Of a DNA stretch of 64,000 nt, positions 9,179 to 19,864 are shown piece after piece. Location: contig OY821641.1 of the NCBI GenBank assembly GCA_963555995.3, positions 128,001 to 192,000 of the forward strand. Direction: 5' to 3'. This stretch comes from Vicinamibacteria bacterium. Its GTDB lineage: Bacteria; Acidobacteriota; Vicinamibacteria; Marinacidobacterales; Marinacidobacteraceae. Both the position numbers and the translations under genes were made by a program. Each line of letters begins with the position of its first letter. Position 1 is the first letter of the stretch. The notes below the pieces were generated by a model. The model saw nothing but the letters and a program-made list of their open reading frames with translations, did no database searches and had not been told where the DNA came from.

Positions 9179-12010
9179 ATGATCAACACCCGCAAGCTGA
9201 TCGGAGGCCTGCTGGCGCTCGGACTCGTCCTCGGCACCGCCTCCGCGTTCGGCCAGATCACCGGCACGATCCTGGGCACGGTCTCCGACGACCAGGGGCT
9301 CGTGCTTCCCGGCGCGACCGTGAGCGTCGCCTCGGAACAGCTTCCCGGCGGTCCCCGGATGGCGGTAACGAACGCCGCCGGGCAATACCGCTTTCCGAAC
9401 CTGCCTCCGGGCGATTACACCCTCACGGTGGAACTGCCGGGTTTCGGCACGTACATCGAGGAGGGGATGCAGGTCCTGGTGGGCGGCACCGTGGAGCGGG
9501 CGGTCTCGCTCGGCCTCGCCACGGTCGCCGAGACGGTGACCGTCACCGGTGAGACCCCGGTGGTGGACACCCGCAAGTCCGGCGTGTCCACGAACTACTC
9601 GAGCGAATACATGGAGAACACGCCGCTCCGCCGGTTCAGCTTCTTCGACTTCACGAAGTCCGCTCCCGGCATGTCGGCCACCAACCCCACGAGCGGCACG
9701 AGCAGCCGGGTCTCCGCCTTCGGCTCGGGCGTGGACGAGAACAAGTACCTGATGGACGGCGTGGACTTCACCGCGCCGGTGTCGGGCGCCGCCTGGCCTT
9801 GGCCGGCGACCGACCTGATCGAGGAGATGGAGATCGTTTCCCTCGGCGCCTCGGCCGAGCACGGGAGCGCGGCGGGGGCCGTCTTCAACGTGGTGACCAA
9901 GCAGGGGACGAACGACTTCACGTTTACCGGCGCGGCTTACAAGCAGCACAGCTCCCTGACCACCCAGCCCATCAAGCTCAACGCCGACGGCGACGAGGAC
10001 CCGAGCGGCTGGGGATACAACCGGGACCGCTACGACGACTACACCATCCATGGCGGAGGCCCGATCATTCGGGACCGGGCGTGGCTGTACGGGAACTACC
10101 AGTACCTGCAGGACTGGGACACCCAGCCGGGCGCCGATCCCGCAAACCCCCGCAAGTTCGGCGCGCATCGCATGTTCTGGAAGCTGACGGCGGACCTGAC
10201 CCCGAACGTCAAGTTCATGCACACCTACCACGACGACATCTGGGTCATTCCCGCCACCCCGTCGGTGACGCGGCCCTTTTCGACGATCGCCACCTACAGC
10301 GGCAAGAACCCCTCGGTAACGTTCGGGCGGATCACCCACATCCTCAGCGCCGAGACCTTCTATGAAGTCGGAGTGTCGGGTTTCTACTCTCCGCGCGACC
10401 TCAGCGAATCGAACAACCCGGGTGTCCCCAACACCCTCGACATCGACAACGGATTCCACTACGGCGGTTACGCCTGGTACGACATCTTCAAGCAGGCGCG
10501 CACCGACATCAAGGCGAAGGTCAGCCACTTCGCGAGCGACTGGATGGGCGCGGACCACGACTTCAAGTTCGGCGTCGTGTACACCGACGGCTCACACAGT
10601 TCGCATGGAGGCTACGTTCCTGGCCCCAACTACCCGGGCGGCGTCCGGTACTACATCAACGGCGACGGGAGTCCCTACGGGATCATCACCGGAACGACCT
10701 ACAACATCGGGGGGCAGTTCAAGGAGACGTCGGCATACGTCGAGGACGTCATCAACGTCGGGAACCGCGTCACCGTGTCCGCGGGAGTGCGGTTCGAGTC
10801 GGTGCAGGGCCTCAGCCAGGACGTGTCCGACCTGCTGGTGAATGACCTCGTCGCGCTCACCTTCGACGAGCGGGGAACGGTTGCCGGCGCCGGGGAGCAG
10901 TTCAGTTGGACCAACGTGGGCCCGAGGCTCGGCTTCAACATCCGGCTCGACGAAGACGCAAGGACCGTCCTGCGCGGCAACTGGGGACGCTTCTACCGGA
11001 CCGCCATTACCGGCGAGTTGAGCGGCATCCATCCCGGGCAGGGAAGCCAGCAGGAGTTCTACTGGAATGAGGAGACCGGGCGCTACGACATCGAGGGACC
11101 GAAGTACGAGGCGAGCACCGACTTCGGGTACGACTCCAACTCCCGATCTCCGGTCACCGATCAACTGTCGATCGGCTTCGATCGGGAACTCGGAACCAGC
11201 CTGGCCTTCAACTTCACCTACGTCCGGAAGGACCAGAACGATCTGCTGGGCTGGAACGTGGACAACGCCACCTACACGACCGTCCCGCACACCTTCGGCA
11301 ACGGCCAGACGCTCGACGTCTATCCCATCACCTCGGATCCCAACCAGCGCTTCTACCGTCTGAGCAACGTGGACTGCTCGGGCGTGTCCTATCGCTGCGA
11401 TCCGATGTACATGGACTACAACGGCTTGGTGTTCGGCCTCGAAAAGCGGATGTCCGACAACTGGCAGGCCCAGATCAACTATGTCTGGTCGAAGGCCTAC
11501 GGGCTCCTGCCCTCGAGCGGGTTCGGGGCGGCGTCCAGCCAGACCACCCGGGTGTACGGCAGTTCGCTGGCCCGGGACCCGAACCAGTTCATCAACGCCG
11601 AGGGCCACCTGTTGAACGACCGGACCCACACGTTCCGGATCACGGGGACGCTGATGCTTCCCTACGACATCCTGTTCGGCTGGAACTACGCCTACTTCAA
11701 CGGCAAGCCTTGGGCGACGCGCGACCGGGTCGAGCGTGACGTCCTGCCGCAGGGCGGCCGCAGCATCTATCTCGAGAGCCCGGGCGCGCAGCGACTCGAA
11801 GACCAGAACCTGCTGGACTTCCGGATTTCGACTTCGGTGTTCCTCGCCGACAGGACCCGGTTCGAGGTGTTCGTGGACGCGCTGAACCTCCTGAACTCGA
11901 CGTCAACCGAGGACGTAGCGTCCCAGACTTGGGACTCCAGCGTGTTCGGCATCGGCGAGCGCTGGGTGGATCCTCGCCGGCTTATGGTGGGCGTCAAGAT
12001 CACCTACTGA
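9179..12010 (+). CDS. TonB-dependent receptor, Oar-like, with N-terminal carboxypeptidase-regulatory-like domain
   Basis: Signal peptide, 'GTVSDDQGLVLPGATV', plug region 'GAVFNVVTKQGTN', C-terminal beta-strand ending in Tyr. Confidence 0.9.
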   Translation: MINTRKLIGGLLALGLVLGTASAFGQITGTILGTVSDDQGLVLPGATVSVASEQLPGGPRMAVTNAAGQYRFPNLPPGDYTLTVELPGFGTYIEEGMQVLVGGTVERAVSLGLATVAETVTVTGETPVVDTRKSGVSTNYSSEYMENTPLRRFSFFDFTKSAPGMSATNPTSGTSSRVSAFGSGVDENKYLMDGVDFTAPVSGAAWPWPATDLIEEMEIVSLGASAEHGSAAGAVFNVVTKQGTNDFTFTGAAYKQHSSLTTQPIKLNADGDEDPSGWGYNRDRYDDYTIHGGGPIIRDRAWLYGNYQYLQDWDTQPGADPANPRKFGAHRMFWKLTADLTPNVKFMHTYHDDIWVIPATPSVTRPFSTIATYSGKNPSVTFGRITHILSAETFYEVGVSGFYSPRDLSESNNPGVPNTLDIDNGFHYGGYAWYDIFKQARTDIKAKVSHFASDWMGADHDFKFGVVYTDGSHSSHGGYVPGPNYPGGVRYYINGDGSPYGIITGTTYNIGGQFKETSAYVEDVINVGNRVTVSAGVRFESVQGLSQDVSDLLVNDLVALTFDERGTVAGAGEQFSWTNVGPRLGFNIRLDEDARTVLRGNWGRFYRTAITGELSGIHPGQGSQQEFYWNEETGRYDIEGPKYEASTDFGYDSNSRSPVTDQLSIGFDRELGTSLAFNFTYVRKDQNDLLGWNVDNATYTTVPHTFGNGQTLDVYPITSDPNQRFYRLSNVDCSGVSYRCDPMYMDYNGLVFGLEKRMSDNWQAQINYVWSKAYGLLPSSGFGAASSQTTRVYGSSLARDPNQFINAEGHLLNDRTHTFRITGTLMLPYDILFGWNYAYFNGKPWATRDRVERDVLPQGGRSIYLESPGAQRLEDQNLLDFRISTSVFLADRTRFEVFVDALNLLNSTSTEDVASQTWDSSVFGIGERWVDPRRLMVGVKITY

Positions 12011-12030
12011 CCTTACGGGCAGCCCACTTC

Positions 12031-12058
12031 GGGGCGGGGGCCTTCGGGCCCCCGCCCC
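12031..12058 (+). terminator. GC-rich hairpin after the receptor gene (terminator or stabilising stem)
   Basis: GGGGCGGGGGCC-TTCG-GGCCCCCGCCCC; only a weak U-tract follows. Confidence 0.6.
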
Positions 12059-12065
12059 TTCCCTT

Positions 12066-14264
12066 ATGGTCCCCGGCGTGAACCGGACGGGTCGGACGCT
12101 GTTGCCGCTCGCGCTGGCGTTTGCGGCACTGCCGTTCGGTACGGCCGCGGCGCAGGACGGCGAGCCCGACATCCGCAAGCAGGAAGCCGAGACGCACTTC
12201 CAGCACGGCCTCCGCATGGTGGGCCTCCGCAACAACGACCGCGCCATCGAGCTCTTCCAGTACGCCATCGCGCTGGACCCCGACCACGCCGGAGCGCACT
12301 TCTACGTCGGCCTCGCCTACATCCAGCGCGGCTACACCAGCCTGCGGCGGGCCGACCACCACCTCTCCCGCGCCATTGCGATTGACGGCTCGAACCCGAG
12401 GCAGTACCACTGGCGGGGAATCGCCCGGCTGCGGCTCGGGGACTACCCGGCGGCCACCGCCGACTTCGAGGTGGTGCTCCGCGAGACGCCGGACAGCGCT
12501 ACCACGCTGAGGGCGCTGGGGGCCGCGCTCCTCCGGATGGGCGCTCCCGGCCCGGCCGCCGCCGCCCTCCGCCAGGCGGTGGACCTCGAACCCGACCTGC
12601 TGGAGGCGCGCTGGAACCTCATGATCGCCAGCGAGCGCGCCGGCGACGATCCGGACGCGCTCCCGGAGCGCTACCGGCTCGACATCCCGGACCGCGGCGC
12701 GGCCTTTCCGTTCCGCTTCGAGGAAGTGTCCGCCGAGGTCGGGATCGAACGCTGGTCGCGCGCCCGGGGCAGCGGCTGGGCCGACTTCGACGGGGACGGA
12801 GACCTCGATCTGGTCGCCCTCGGCATCCGCGACCCGCACGCGCTCTACCGGAACCGGCTCGTGGAAGACGGCGCCGCCACCTTCACCGCCGCCGCTCTCG
12901 ACGCCGCGCTCTTCGATCCGCGCGGCGGCTGGTCGGCGCTCTTTTTCGACTACGACCGGGACGGCGATCCCGACCTCCACGTCACGCGGGACGGTTGGGA
13001 CGGTGAGGACGCGAACAGCCTCTATCGAAACGATGGCGGCCGCTTCGTGGACGTGGCGGCCGCCGCCGGGGTCGCGAGTGCGGCGGACGGGTTCACGGCG
13101 GCGGTCGCCGACGTGAACCGGGACGGCCTGCTGGACCTCTACGTGGCGAACGGGGTCGCGACCCGGGGCGGCGGCCCCAACGAACTCTTCCTGGGCGCGC
13201 CCGAGGGCCGTTTCGTCGAGCGCGGGGAGGCGATGGGGGTGGCGGACCACGGCCGCTCCGTCGGATCCGCCTTCGGGGACTACGACGGCGACGGCTGGCC
13301 CGACCTGCTGGTCGTCAACTTCTTCGACGGCCCGGTGCTCTACCGGAACCTGGAGGGCGGCGGTTTCGAGGACGTCTCGGCGCGGGCCGGCATCGCCGCT
13401 CCGCATGAAGGCTTCGTCGGGTTCTTCTTCGACTACGACAACGACGGCTGGCTGGACATTCTGGTCGTCGGCTTCACCTCCGACATGGAAACGGCCCTGA
13501 AGAGCCGGATCGAGGGAAGGGCGGTCAGCGAGGGGAGCCGCCTGGCGCTCTACCGGAACGACCGCGACGGCTCGTTCACCGACGTGACGGAGGAAGCCGG
13601 GCTCTCCTGGAACCTGGGCGCCATGGCCGCCACCTTCGGCGATTACGACAACGACGGCTGGCAAGACATCTTCATCGGCGTCGGGGCGCCGCCCATGGAG
13701 CGGTTCGAGGCGAACCGGCTGTTCCGCAACCTGGGTGACGGAACGTTCGCCGACGTCAGCGCCGCGGCCGGCGTAGACGATCTGGGGAAGGGGCACGGCG
13801 CGACGTTTGCCGACCCCGACCACGACGGCGACCTGGACCTCTTCGTCCCCATCGGGGGCGCCTTCCCGGGCGACCGCCAGCGAAGCCGCTTCTACCGGAA
13901 CCCGGCGTCCCAGCTCCCGCATCCGAACGGCTGGCTCCACATCCTGCTCCGCGCGTCAAGCCTCCATCCGGACGCGGTGGGCGCGCAGGTCGCGCTCCGG
14001 GTCACCGACGCCCCGCAGGCGCCGGTGCAACTCCAGGAGGTCGCGGTCGGCGGGGGCTTCGGGGTGACGCCGAGTCCGATCCTCGAGTTCGGCCTCGGGC
14101 AGCACCAGACGGTGGCCGAGGTCACCATCCGCTGGCCGGGCGGGGGCCATCGCGTGCTGCGGAACATCCCCGCCAACCAGCGGATTCTGGTGGTGGAGGA
14201 CGAGCCCGGCTACCAGGTGTTGGCGCAGGCGAGGTCTCCGCTTTTCGGCCGCTTCGAGCGTTAG
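12066..14264 (+). CDS. TPR + FG-GAP/VCBS repeat + ASPIC/UnbV (CRTAC1-family) protein
   Basis: N-terminal TPRs, repeated DxDxDGxxDL motifs, C-terminal 'LEFGLG...VTIRWPGG'. Confidence 0.88.
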   Translation: MVPGVNRTGRTLLPLALAFAALPFGTAAAQDGEPDIRKQEAETHFQHGLRMVGLRNNDRAIELFQYAIALDPDHAGAHFYVGLAYIQRGYTSLRRADHHLSRAIAIDGSNPRQYHWRGIARLRLGDYPAATADFEVVLRETPDSATTLRALGAALLRMGAPGPAAAALRQAVDLEPDLLEARWNLMIASERAGDDPDALPERYRLDIPDRGAAFPFRFEEVSAEVGIERWSRARGSGWADFDGDGDLDLVALGIRDPHALYRNRLVEDGAATFTAAALDAALFDPRGGWSALFFDYDRDGDPDLHVTRDGWDGEDANSLYRNDGGRFVDVAAAAGVASAADGFTAAVADVNRDGLLDLYVANGVATRGGGPNELFLGAPEGRFVERGEAMGVADHGRSVGSAFGDYDGDGWPDLLVVNFFDGPVLYRNLEGGGFEDVSARAGIAAPHEGFVGFFFDYDNDGWLDILVVGFTSDMETALKSRIEGRAVSEGSRLALYRNDRDGSFTDVTEEAGLSWNLGAMAATFGDYDNDGWQDIFIGVGAPPMERFEANRLFRNLGDGTFADVSAAAGVDDLGKGHGATFADPDHDGDLDLFVPIGGAFPGDRQRSRFYRNPASQLPHPNGWLHILLRASSLHPDAVGAQVALRVTDAPQAPVQLQEVAVGGGFGVTPSPILEFGLGQHQTVAEVTIRWPGGGHRVLRNIPANQRILVVEDEPGYQVLAQARSPLFGRFER

Positions 14265-14288
14265 GTTTCGCCCGCCTGCGGCGGACGA

Positions 14289-14313
14289 TGCCGGTCTGAA
14301 GACCGGCGCTCCC
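14289..14313. repeat. REP-like palindrome
   Basis: TGCCGGTCTGAAGACCGGCGCTCCC; upstream flank shared with the copy at 23374. Confidence 0.85.
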
Positions 14314-14340
14314 AAGACTCACCCTTACGATACGGGCGGC

Positions 14341-15879
14341 ATGCAGACCGTTCTGGATCGGTTGGGACTCGGGGAGGGCGCTCCCGGCGTCTGCACTGGC
14401 CCGGAGGGCTGGATTCTCACCGGCGAGCGGCCGCTCGTCTCGCTGAACCCCTCGACGGGTGAGCCCATCGCCTCGGTCGTTCCCGCGGACGCCCGGGCGG
14501 CCGAGCGGGTGGTGACCGAAGCGGCGGACGCCTTCCGCTCGTTCCGCGAGTTGCCGGCGCCGAAGCGCGGGGACCTCGTCCGCGACTTGGGGACCGCGCT
14601 GCGCGACGACAAGGAGCCGCTCGGCGACCTGATCGCGCTCGAAGCCGGAAAGATCCAGGCCGAGGGACACGGCGAGGTCCAGGAGATGATCGATGTCTGC
14701 GAGTTCGCGGTGGGGCTGTCGCGCCAGCTCTACGGGCTGACGATGGCTTCCGAACGGCCCGGCCACCGGATGTTCGAGCAGTGGCATCCGCTCGGCCCCA
14801 TCGGGGTCATCACCGCCTTCAACTTCCCCATGGCGGTCTGGTCCTGGAACGCGGCGGTCGCCGCGGTCTGCGGCGACCCGGTGATCTGGAAGCCGTCGGA
14901 GCACACCCCGCTCTGCTCGGTCGCGGTGCAGAACATCGCCAACCGGGTGATGGATGACCACGGCGTCTCCGGGGTCTTCAACCTGCTGGTGGGCGGCGGG
15001 GAACTCGGGGCCGCGCTTGCTGCCGACCGGCGGCTGCCGCTGATTTCCTTCACCGGTTCGACCCGGGTCGGCCGGAAGGTGGCCACCGAGGTCGCGGGGC
15101 GGCTGGGCCGCTGCCTCCTTGAACTCGGCGGCAACAACGCGGTGGTGGTCAGCCGGAACGCCGATCTGGACCTCGCGGTCCGGGCCATCGTGTTCGGATC
15201 CGTGGGCACCACCGGACAGCGCTGCACCACGACCCGGCGGGTGCTCGCCGACCGGGAGATCGCCGGCCCGCTGGTCGAGCGGCTCGCGGACGCCTACCGG
15301 CAGGTCCCCATCGGGGACCCCCTCGATCCGGCCACCCTCATGGGGCCGCTGATCTCGGGCGACGCCATCGAAGCGATGCAGGGCGCGCTGGAGCGCGTGG
15401 TCGCCGACGGTGGGACCGTCGTCTGCGGCGGGGGGCGGCGTCCCGACATCGGCCCGAACCATGTCGAGCCGGCCATCGTGCGAATGTCCGCCCAGACGCC
15501 GCTGGTGGCCGAAGAGACCTTCGCCCCCATCCTCTACGTCCTGGAGACCGAGTCCCTCGAACAGGCGATCGCCCTCCACAACGACGTCCCGCAGGGGCTC
15601 TCTTCGGCGATCTTCACCGACAGCCTCCGCGAGGCCGAGACGTTCCTCTCGGCGCGCGGGTCGGACTGCGGGATCGCCAACGTGAACATCGGCACCTCGG
15701 GGGCCGAGATCGGGGGGGCCTTCGGCGGCGAGAAGGACACCGGCGGCGGCCGCGAATCCGGCTCGGACGCCTGGAAGGCATACATGCGCCGCCAGACGAA
15801 CACCATCAACTGGTCGAAGGACCTGCCGCTCGCCCAGGGGATCGAGTTCGGTCCCGCCGCCGGCGAAGGAGACGCGTGA
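14341..15879 (+). CDS. Aldehyde dehydrogenase family 7 (aminoadipate-semialdehyde/piperideine-6-carboxylate dehydrogenase-like)
   Basis: 'ITAFNFP', 'FTGST', 'LELGGNNA', 'GQRCT', 'GRESGSDAWKAY', 'LPLAQGI'. Confidence 0.9.
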   Translation: MQTVLDRLGLGEGAPGVCTGPEGWILTGERPLVSLNPSTGEPIASVVPADARAAERVVTEAADAFRSFRELPAPKRGDLVRDLGTALRDDKEPLGDLIALEAGKIQAEGHGEVQEMIDVCEFAVGLSRQLYGLTMASERPGHRMFEQWHPLGPIGVITAFNFPMAVWSWNAAVAAVCGDPVIWKPSEHTPLCSVAVQNIANRVMDDHGVSGVFNLLVGGGELGAALAADRRLPLISFTGSTRVGRKVATEVAGRLGRCLLELGGNNAVVVSRNADLDLAVRAIVFGSVGTTGQRCTTTRRVLADREIAGPLVERLADAYRQVPIGDPLDPATLMGPLISGDAIEAMQGALERVVADGGTVVCGGGRRPDIGPNHVEPAIVRMSAQTPLVAEETFAPILYVLETESLEQAIALHNDVPQGLSSAIFTDSLREAETFLSARGSDCGIANVNIGTSGAEIGGAFGGEKDTGGGRESGSDAWKAYMRRQTNTINWSKDLPLAQGIEFGPAAGEGDA

Positions 15880-16640
15880 TGCCGAGAACCTGCCTGAGGG
15901 CTCTCTTGATGGGAACTCTCCTGGGGTGCGCCGGCGAGTCGGCGGCTCCCGAACCCGAGCCGCCGGCGCCCGATGTTTCCGCCGCGGAGGAGCTGATCGC
16001 CAGATCCATCGCCTATCACGATCCGTCCGGGCTCTGGGACAGCGGCGAGATCGCGCTCCGGATCATGGAGTCGCGGCCGAACGGGGTCGCGCGGACGGTC
16101 GAAGTGGGGATGGCGCCCGGAAGCGGCGCGATGGAGGTGAATCGCGAGACCGACGCAGCAGTGCTGTCGTTCGCGGTGCGCGGTGAGGAAATCCTGCGGC
16201 GAGTTGTGGACGGGGACGAGGGACTTGAAGAGGCGGCCCTCGCCGAGCATGGGCTCGACGCCGAACGGGTGATGTGGCTCCGGAACTACTACCTGTTCGT
16301 CTGGGGACTCCCGATGAAGCTGCGCGATCCGGGGACCATCGTGGACCCGGAGCCGGTCCCGGACACCTACGACGGCCAGGAGGCGCTCAAGGTCCGGGTC
16401 ACCTACGACCCCGAAGTGGGCGGCGACACCTGGTACTTCTACTTCCACCCGGAAACGGCCCGGATGATCGGCTACCGCTTCTACCACGACGAGGCGGCGA
16501 ACGACGGGGAGTACATCCACCTGGCAGGGGAGATCGAGAACGGCGGACTGCGGCTCCCGGCGAAACGGCGCTGGTTCTTCCACTCGAACGAGGAGTTCCT
16601 CGGGGAGGACGAGGCCGTTTCGCTGAACGTAACGCCCTGA
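15879..16640 (+). CDS. Lipoprotein of unknown function (DUF6503-like)
   Basis: Lipobox LLGC; 'GLPMKLRDPG', 'GGDTWYFYF'. Confidence 0.65.
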   Translation: MPRTCLRALLMGTLLGCAGESAAPEPEPPAPDVSAAEELIARSIAYHDPSGLWDSGEIALRIMESRPNGVARTVEVGMAPGSGAMEVNRETDAAVLSFAVRGEEILRRVVDGDEGLEEAALAEHGLDAERVMWLRNYYLFVWGLPMKLRDPGTIVDPEPVPDTYDGQEALKVRVTYDPEVGGDTWYFYFHPETARMIGYRFYHDEAANDGEYIHLAGEIENGGLRLPAKRRWFFHSNEEFLGEDEAVSLNVTP

Positions 16641-16665
16641 CGACCGGGCTCGCCGGCCAGCGGCC

Positions 16666-18207
16666 ATGACGGCGCTCGTTCTCGCTCTGCTGCTGTCGGG
16701 AGCGCCCGGGGCGGCGCAAGCCGACGCGCGCCTGCTGGCCGAGGTCAGCAGGCGGCTCGGTGACGGGGACTTCGCCTCGGTTCTCGCGGTTCTGGACGCG
16801 GCCGGGCCGGACGGGTCGCACCCGGCGTTGCTCCGCCTCCGCGCCGAGGCGTACGTGGGGCTGCTCGACTACCCGGCGGCGGTCGCCGCTCTCGAGGGTG
16901 CGCTCCCGGAACCGGAGAACCTGGCGCTCCGCGCCCGGTTGCTCGCCATCCTGGGCCGGGACGACGAGGCTCGGGCGGCGGTGTCCGAACTGCTGGAGCA
17001 CGACGGGCAACTTGCCGAGGAGGCCCGGGTGGAACTGGCGGCACAACTCCGCGAGTCCGGTCTCCTGGCGGAGTCGCGCCGCGTCCTCGGTCCACCGGCT
17101 TCGGGTGAGTCGGCAGCGGCGGTCCTGGAACGCGCGAGGCTGAGGATCGAAGAGGACGACTACGCGGGAGCCCTGCCGCTCCTCGAAGCCGTCCTTGAGG
17201 CGCCGCACGCGCCGTCCGGGGCGGCCGGTGACCTCGGCCGCGCTCTCGCGCTCCTCGACCGGCGCGACGAAGCGATTCCCTGGCTCCGCCGGGCCGTCGC
17301 GGAATCGCCGCGGGACGCTGCCCCCCGGTTCCGGCTCGGCCAGTTGCTGGCCCAGGACCCGGACCCCGCCCTCGCCGCCGAGGGGCGGCGCCTCCTCGCG
17401 GGCTACGAGGAAAGCCGGCTCCGCGCGCGCCGTCGCGACCTGTTGCTGGCGACGCTCGGTGAAGGGGGCCGGGACGAATGGGCGGAACTGCTGGGGCTGC
17501 TGCTCGACGGCGGGGACCTCCCGGAGGCGACGCGGGTGGCGCAGGCGGCCTCGGTCCGGTATCCGGCGGAGCCGGTGTTCGCCATCGGGCAGGCGCGGGT
17601 GCAGTTGCTGTCCGGAGATCCCGGCGCGGCTGCGGGCGTGCTCGCCCCGCTTGTGCCCGGGCCCGGCGAACCGCTGGAAGGAGCCTCGCTGAGCGCGGCT
17701 CGCTGGCTTGCGGACGCGCGGCTGCGCGGAGGCGATCCGGCCGCCGCGGCGGCTCTCTTCGACCGCGTTCTGGCGGTGGGCGGCGACGCGGTTTCCCCCC
17801 GGATTCGCGCCGCCGCCGCCACCGCGTTCGCGATGAGCGGAAACCCGGAACGGGCGCTTGTCCTCTTCGACCAGGTGCTCGACCGCACCGCCGGCCCGGC
17901 GCGCGCCGGACCGCTGGCGGACAGCGCGCTGGTGCTGGAGATGCTGGGACGTGCGGCGGACGCCGAATCCCGTTACCGGGAATCCCTGGAAGCCGATCCG
18001 GCCAACACCGCGGCGTCCCTCGGCCTCGGCGAACTCCTGCTGCGGGCCGGAAGGAACGGAGAAGCCGCCGCCGTGGTTCAGGCCGCCCTCGAACACGCGC
18101 CCGATGACGCAGCGCTCCGCGAACTCCTTTCCCGGACGGCGTCACCCGGCGCTGGTCAGGGTTCGTCCGCAGGCACGCGGGCGGCGGCAAACAGCCCGGT
18201 GATCTGA
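16666..18207 (+). CDS. Secreted TPR-repeat protein
   Basis: Signal peptide; Ala/Leu-rich helical TPR-like repeats. Confidence 0.7.
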   Translation: MTALVLALLLSGAPGAAQADARLLAEVSRRLGDGDFASVLAVLDAAGPDGSHPALLRLRAEAYVGLLDYPAAVAALEGALPEPENLALRARLLAILGRDDEARAAVSELLEHDGQLAEEARVELAAQLRESGLLAESRRVLGPPASGESAAAVLERARLRIEEDDYAGALPLLEAVLEAPHAPSGAAGDLGRALALLDRRDEAIPWLRRAVAESPRDAAPRFRLGQLLAQDPDPALAAEGRRLLAGYEESRLRARRRDLLLATLGEGGRDEWAELLGLLLDGGDLPEATRVAQAASVRYPAEPVFAIGQARVQLLSGDPGAAAGVLAPLVPGPGEPLEGASLSAARWLADARLRGGDPAAAAALFDRVLAVGGDAVSPRIRAAAATAFAMSGNPERALVLFDQVLDRTAGPARAGPLADSALVLEMLGRAADAESRYRESLEADPANTAASLGLGELLLRAGRNGEAAAVVQAALEHAPDDAALRELLSRTASPGAGQGSSAGTRAAANSPVI

Positions 18208-19553
18208 TCCCACGCCTCCGCGCCGAGAACCAGCGTCCGGTCGTCGCCGGCCCGGAGCGCCCGCACCTCGCCGCTCGCGGAGACGGTCAGGCGGACCGTC
18301 TCGGGTTCGGTCTCCCTGGTTTCACCGCTCTCCTCGACTTCTTCCGTGACCGCGATGGTCCAGGCGGCGCCGTCTCCGAGAAGGCTCGCTTCGCCCACGT
18401 TCCCGGCCTCGGTGGAGTTCAGCTCGTAGAGCAGGTCCTCGACCGCCACCGTGTCCACGACGACCGGCGCGGCGTCGCCGCGCTCCATCGTCCATTCCCG
18501 GCCTTCCTCTCCCTCCCGGCGGTGGAACGCCGTCTCGCCGTCAGGGGTCACGAATTGGAGAGCGACGGTCCGGAAGGCCGCGAACCGGAACAGGTCCAGG
18601 GACCGAACGCTCGCTAGGTCGGTCTCGGCCGCGTCCCGGAGCGCCTCGAAGAGCGGTTTCCGGACGACGAAGATCAGTGGGTCCGCCCCCAGCCGGGCGA
18701 AGACGCCGGGCGGCGTCCGGCTCTCGCCGCCGAAAAGGAGGGTCCGGGAGATGGCCTCTTCCCGCGGCCCGACGGCGAGGTCCAGTTCCGCCGTGAGCCG
18801 GGGCGAAGCCAGACCGAAGGGATCCGCTTCCCCTCCGTCCGGTTCCCGCGCTACGCCGGCCATCTCCGCGTCGAGGAGACGCGATGCGAACTGCGAGGCC
18901 TCATACGGGTCCGCGGCGAAGCGGTAGGGGCGGAGGATGTTCCAGACGCCTTCTTCACGGGCGATCTCCACCGTGGTTGCTCCCCCGGCGGTGACCCGGA
19001 GGCGCCGCGCCGCCGGCATGTCCAGCCGGAACACCCGCTTGTCCCGGAGGTCCCAGGCGCTGCGGTCGAAGTTGTCGCGGGCAAAGACGGACGTCACCAG
19101 CACTCGCTCGCCGAGCTGGAGGTAGCGGTTTCCGGCCGCCGGGGTCTCGTCGCCGAAGCGGGCGGTGAGGGGATCGCCGTCCGACTCCCGGAACACCCGT
19201 ACCGCGAGTCCGGACGGATCGAGCCCGAATCCGGCGAGGTCCGCCTCGCCCACCCCCTCGATCTCCCGCTCGAAACGCAGCGAGGCGACGTTCTGCAGGA
19301 AGAGGTCCACCTCGCCGGAGTCGGCGGCCGACCGCGGGCCGTCGCCTTCCGCGACCACGAACCCTTCGCCGTCCCGGGTCAGGCGGACGGTCGGTTCGTC
19401 GGGGCGTTCGATCTCGACGGCCCGGATCGCGGCCTCATCCAGACCGAAGACCGGGTGTCCGCCGTCTTCGGCGCCGTCGTCGCGCTCGAACAGGACGATC
19501 CAGCCGGCGACCGCTAGCGCGGCCAGGAGCGCGAGGAGCGTCGTCCGGCGCAT
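18156..19553 (-). CDS. DUF4340-like membrane-anchored protein (Gld-type ABC accessory)
   Basis: N-terminal TM, 'FGLDP' and 'LRDKRVF' motifs; position after the gldG-like gene. Confidence 0.75.
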   Translation of the reverse strand: MRRTTLLALLAALAVAGWIVLFERDDGAEDGGHPVFGLDEAAIRAVEIERPDEPTVRLTRDGEGFVVAEGDGPRSAADSGEVDLFLQNVASLRFEREIEGVGEADLAGFGLDPSGLAVRVFRESDGDPLTARFGDETPAAGNRYLQLGERVLVTSVFARDNFDRSAWDLRDKRVFRLDMPAARRLRVTAGGATTVEIAREEGVWNILRPYRFAADPYEASQFASRLLDAEMAGVAREPDGGEADPFGLASPRLTAELDLAVGPREEAISRTLLFGGESRTPPGVFARLGADPLIFVVRKPLFEALRDAAETDLASVRSLDLFRFAAFRTVALQFVTPDGETAFHRREGEEGREWTMERGDAAPVVVDTVAVEDLLYELNSTEAGNVGEASLLGDGAAWTIAVTEEVEESGETRETEPETVRLTVSASGEVRALRAGDDRTLVLGAEAWDQITGLFAAARVPADEP

Positions 19554-19618
19554 GGAGCCTCCGCGTCAGAGCGCCTCTCGGCAGGGGTCGTTCGTCCGGG
19601 TTTCGCGCTCCCGCGCGA

Positions 19619-19860
19619 TGCCAGCCGGAAGCTGGCGCTCCGACGCGGACCGGCGTCCGGGGGAAGGGTCATCCCAGCGAAATTGCGCCGCCGGCCGGGA
19701 GCGCCGGTCTTCAGACCGGCACGCGCTGCGCGACAGCGCAGCGCACGGCACGACGCGGACCGGGGCGGCGGCGCTCTGCTCCCGGTTCATCATCGCAGAC
19801 AGCGATACGACATCCGCGGGCCTTCCGGCCCGCTGTGCCGCTCTGAAGAGCGGCGCTCCC
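19619..19860. repeat. REP variant plus REPIN-like doublet (19697-19860)
   Basis: Reverse-orientation near copy of 8076-8238, inside the gld-like operon. Confidence 0.85.
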
Positions 19861-19864
19861 GGCA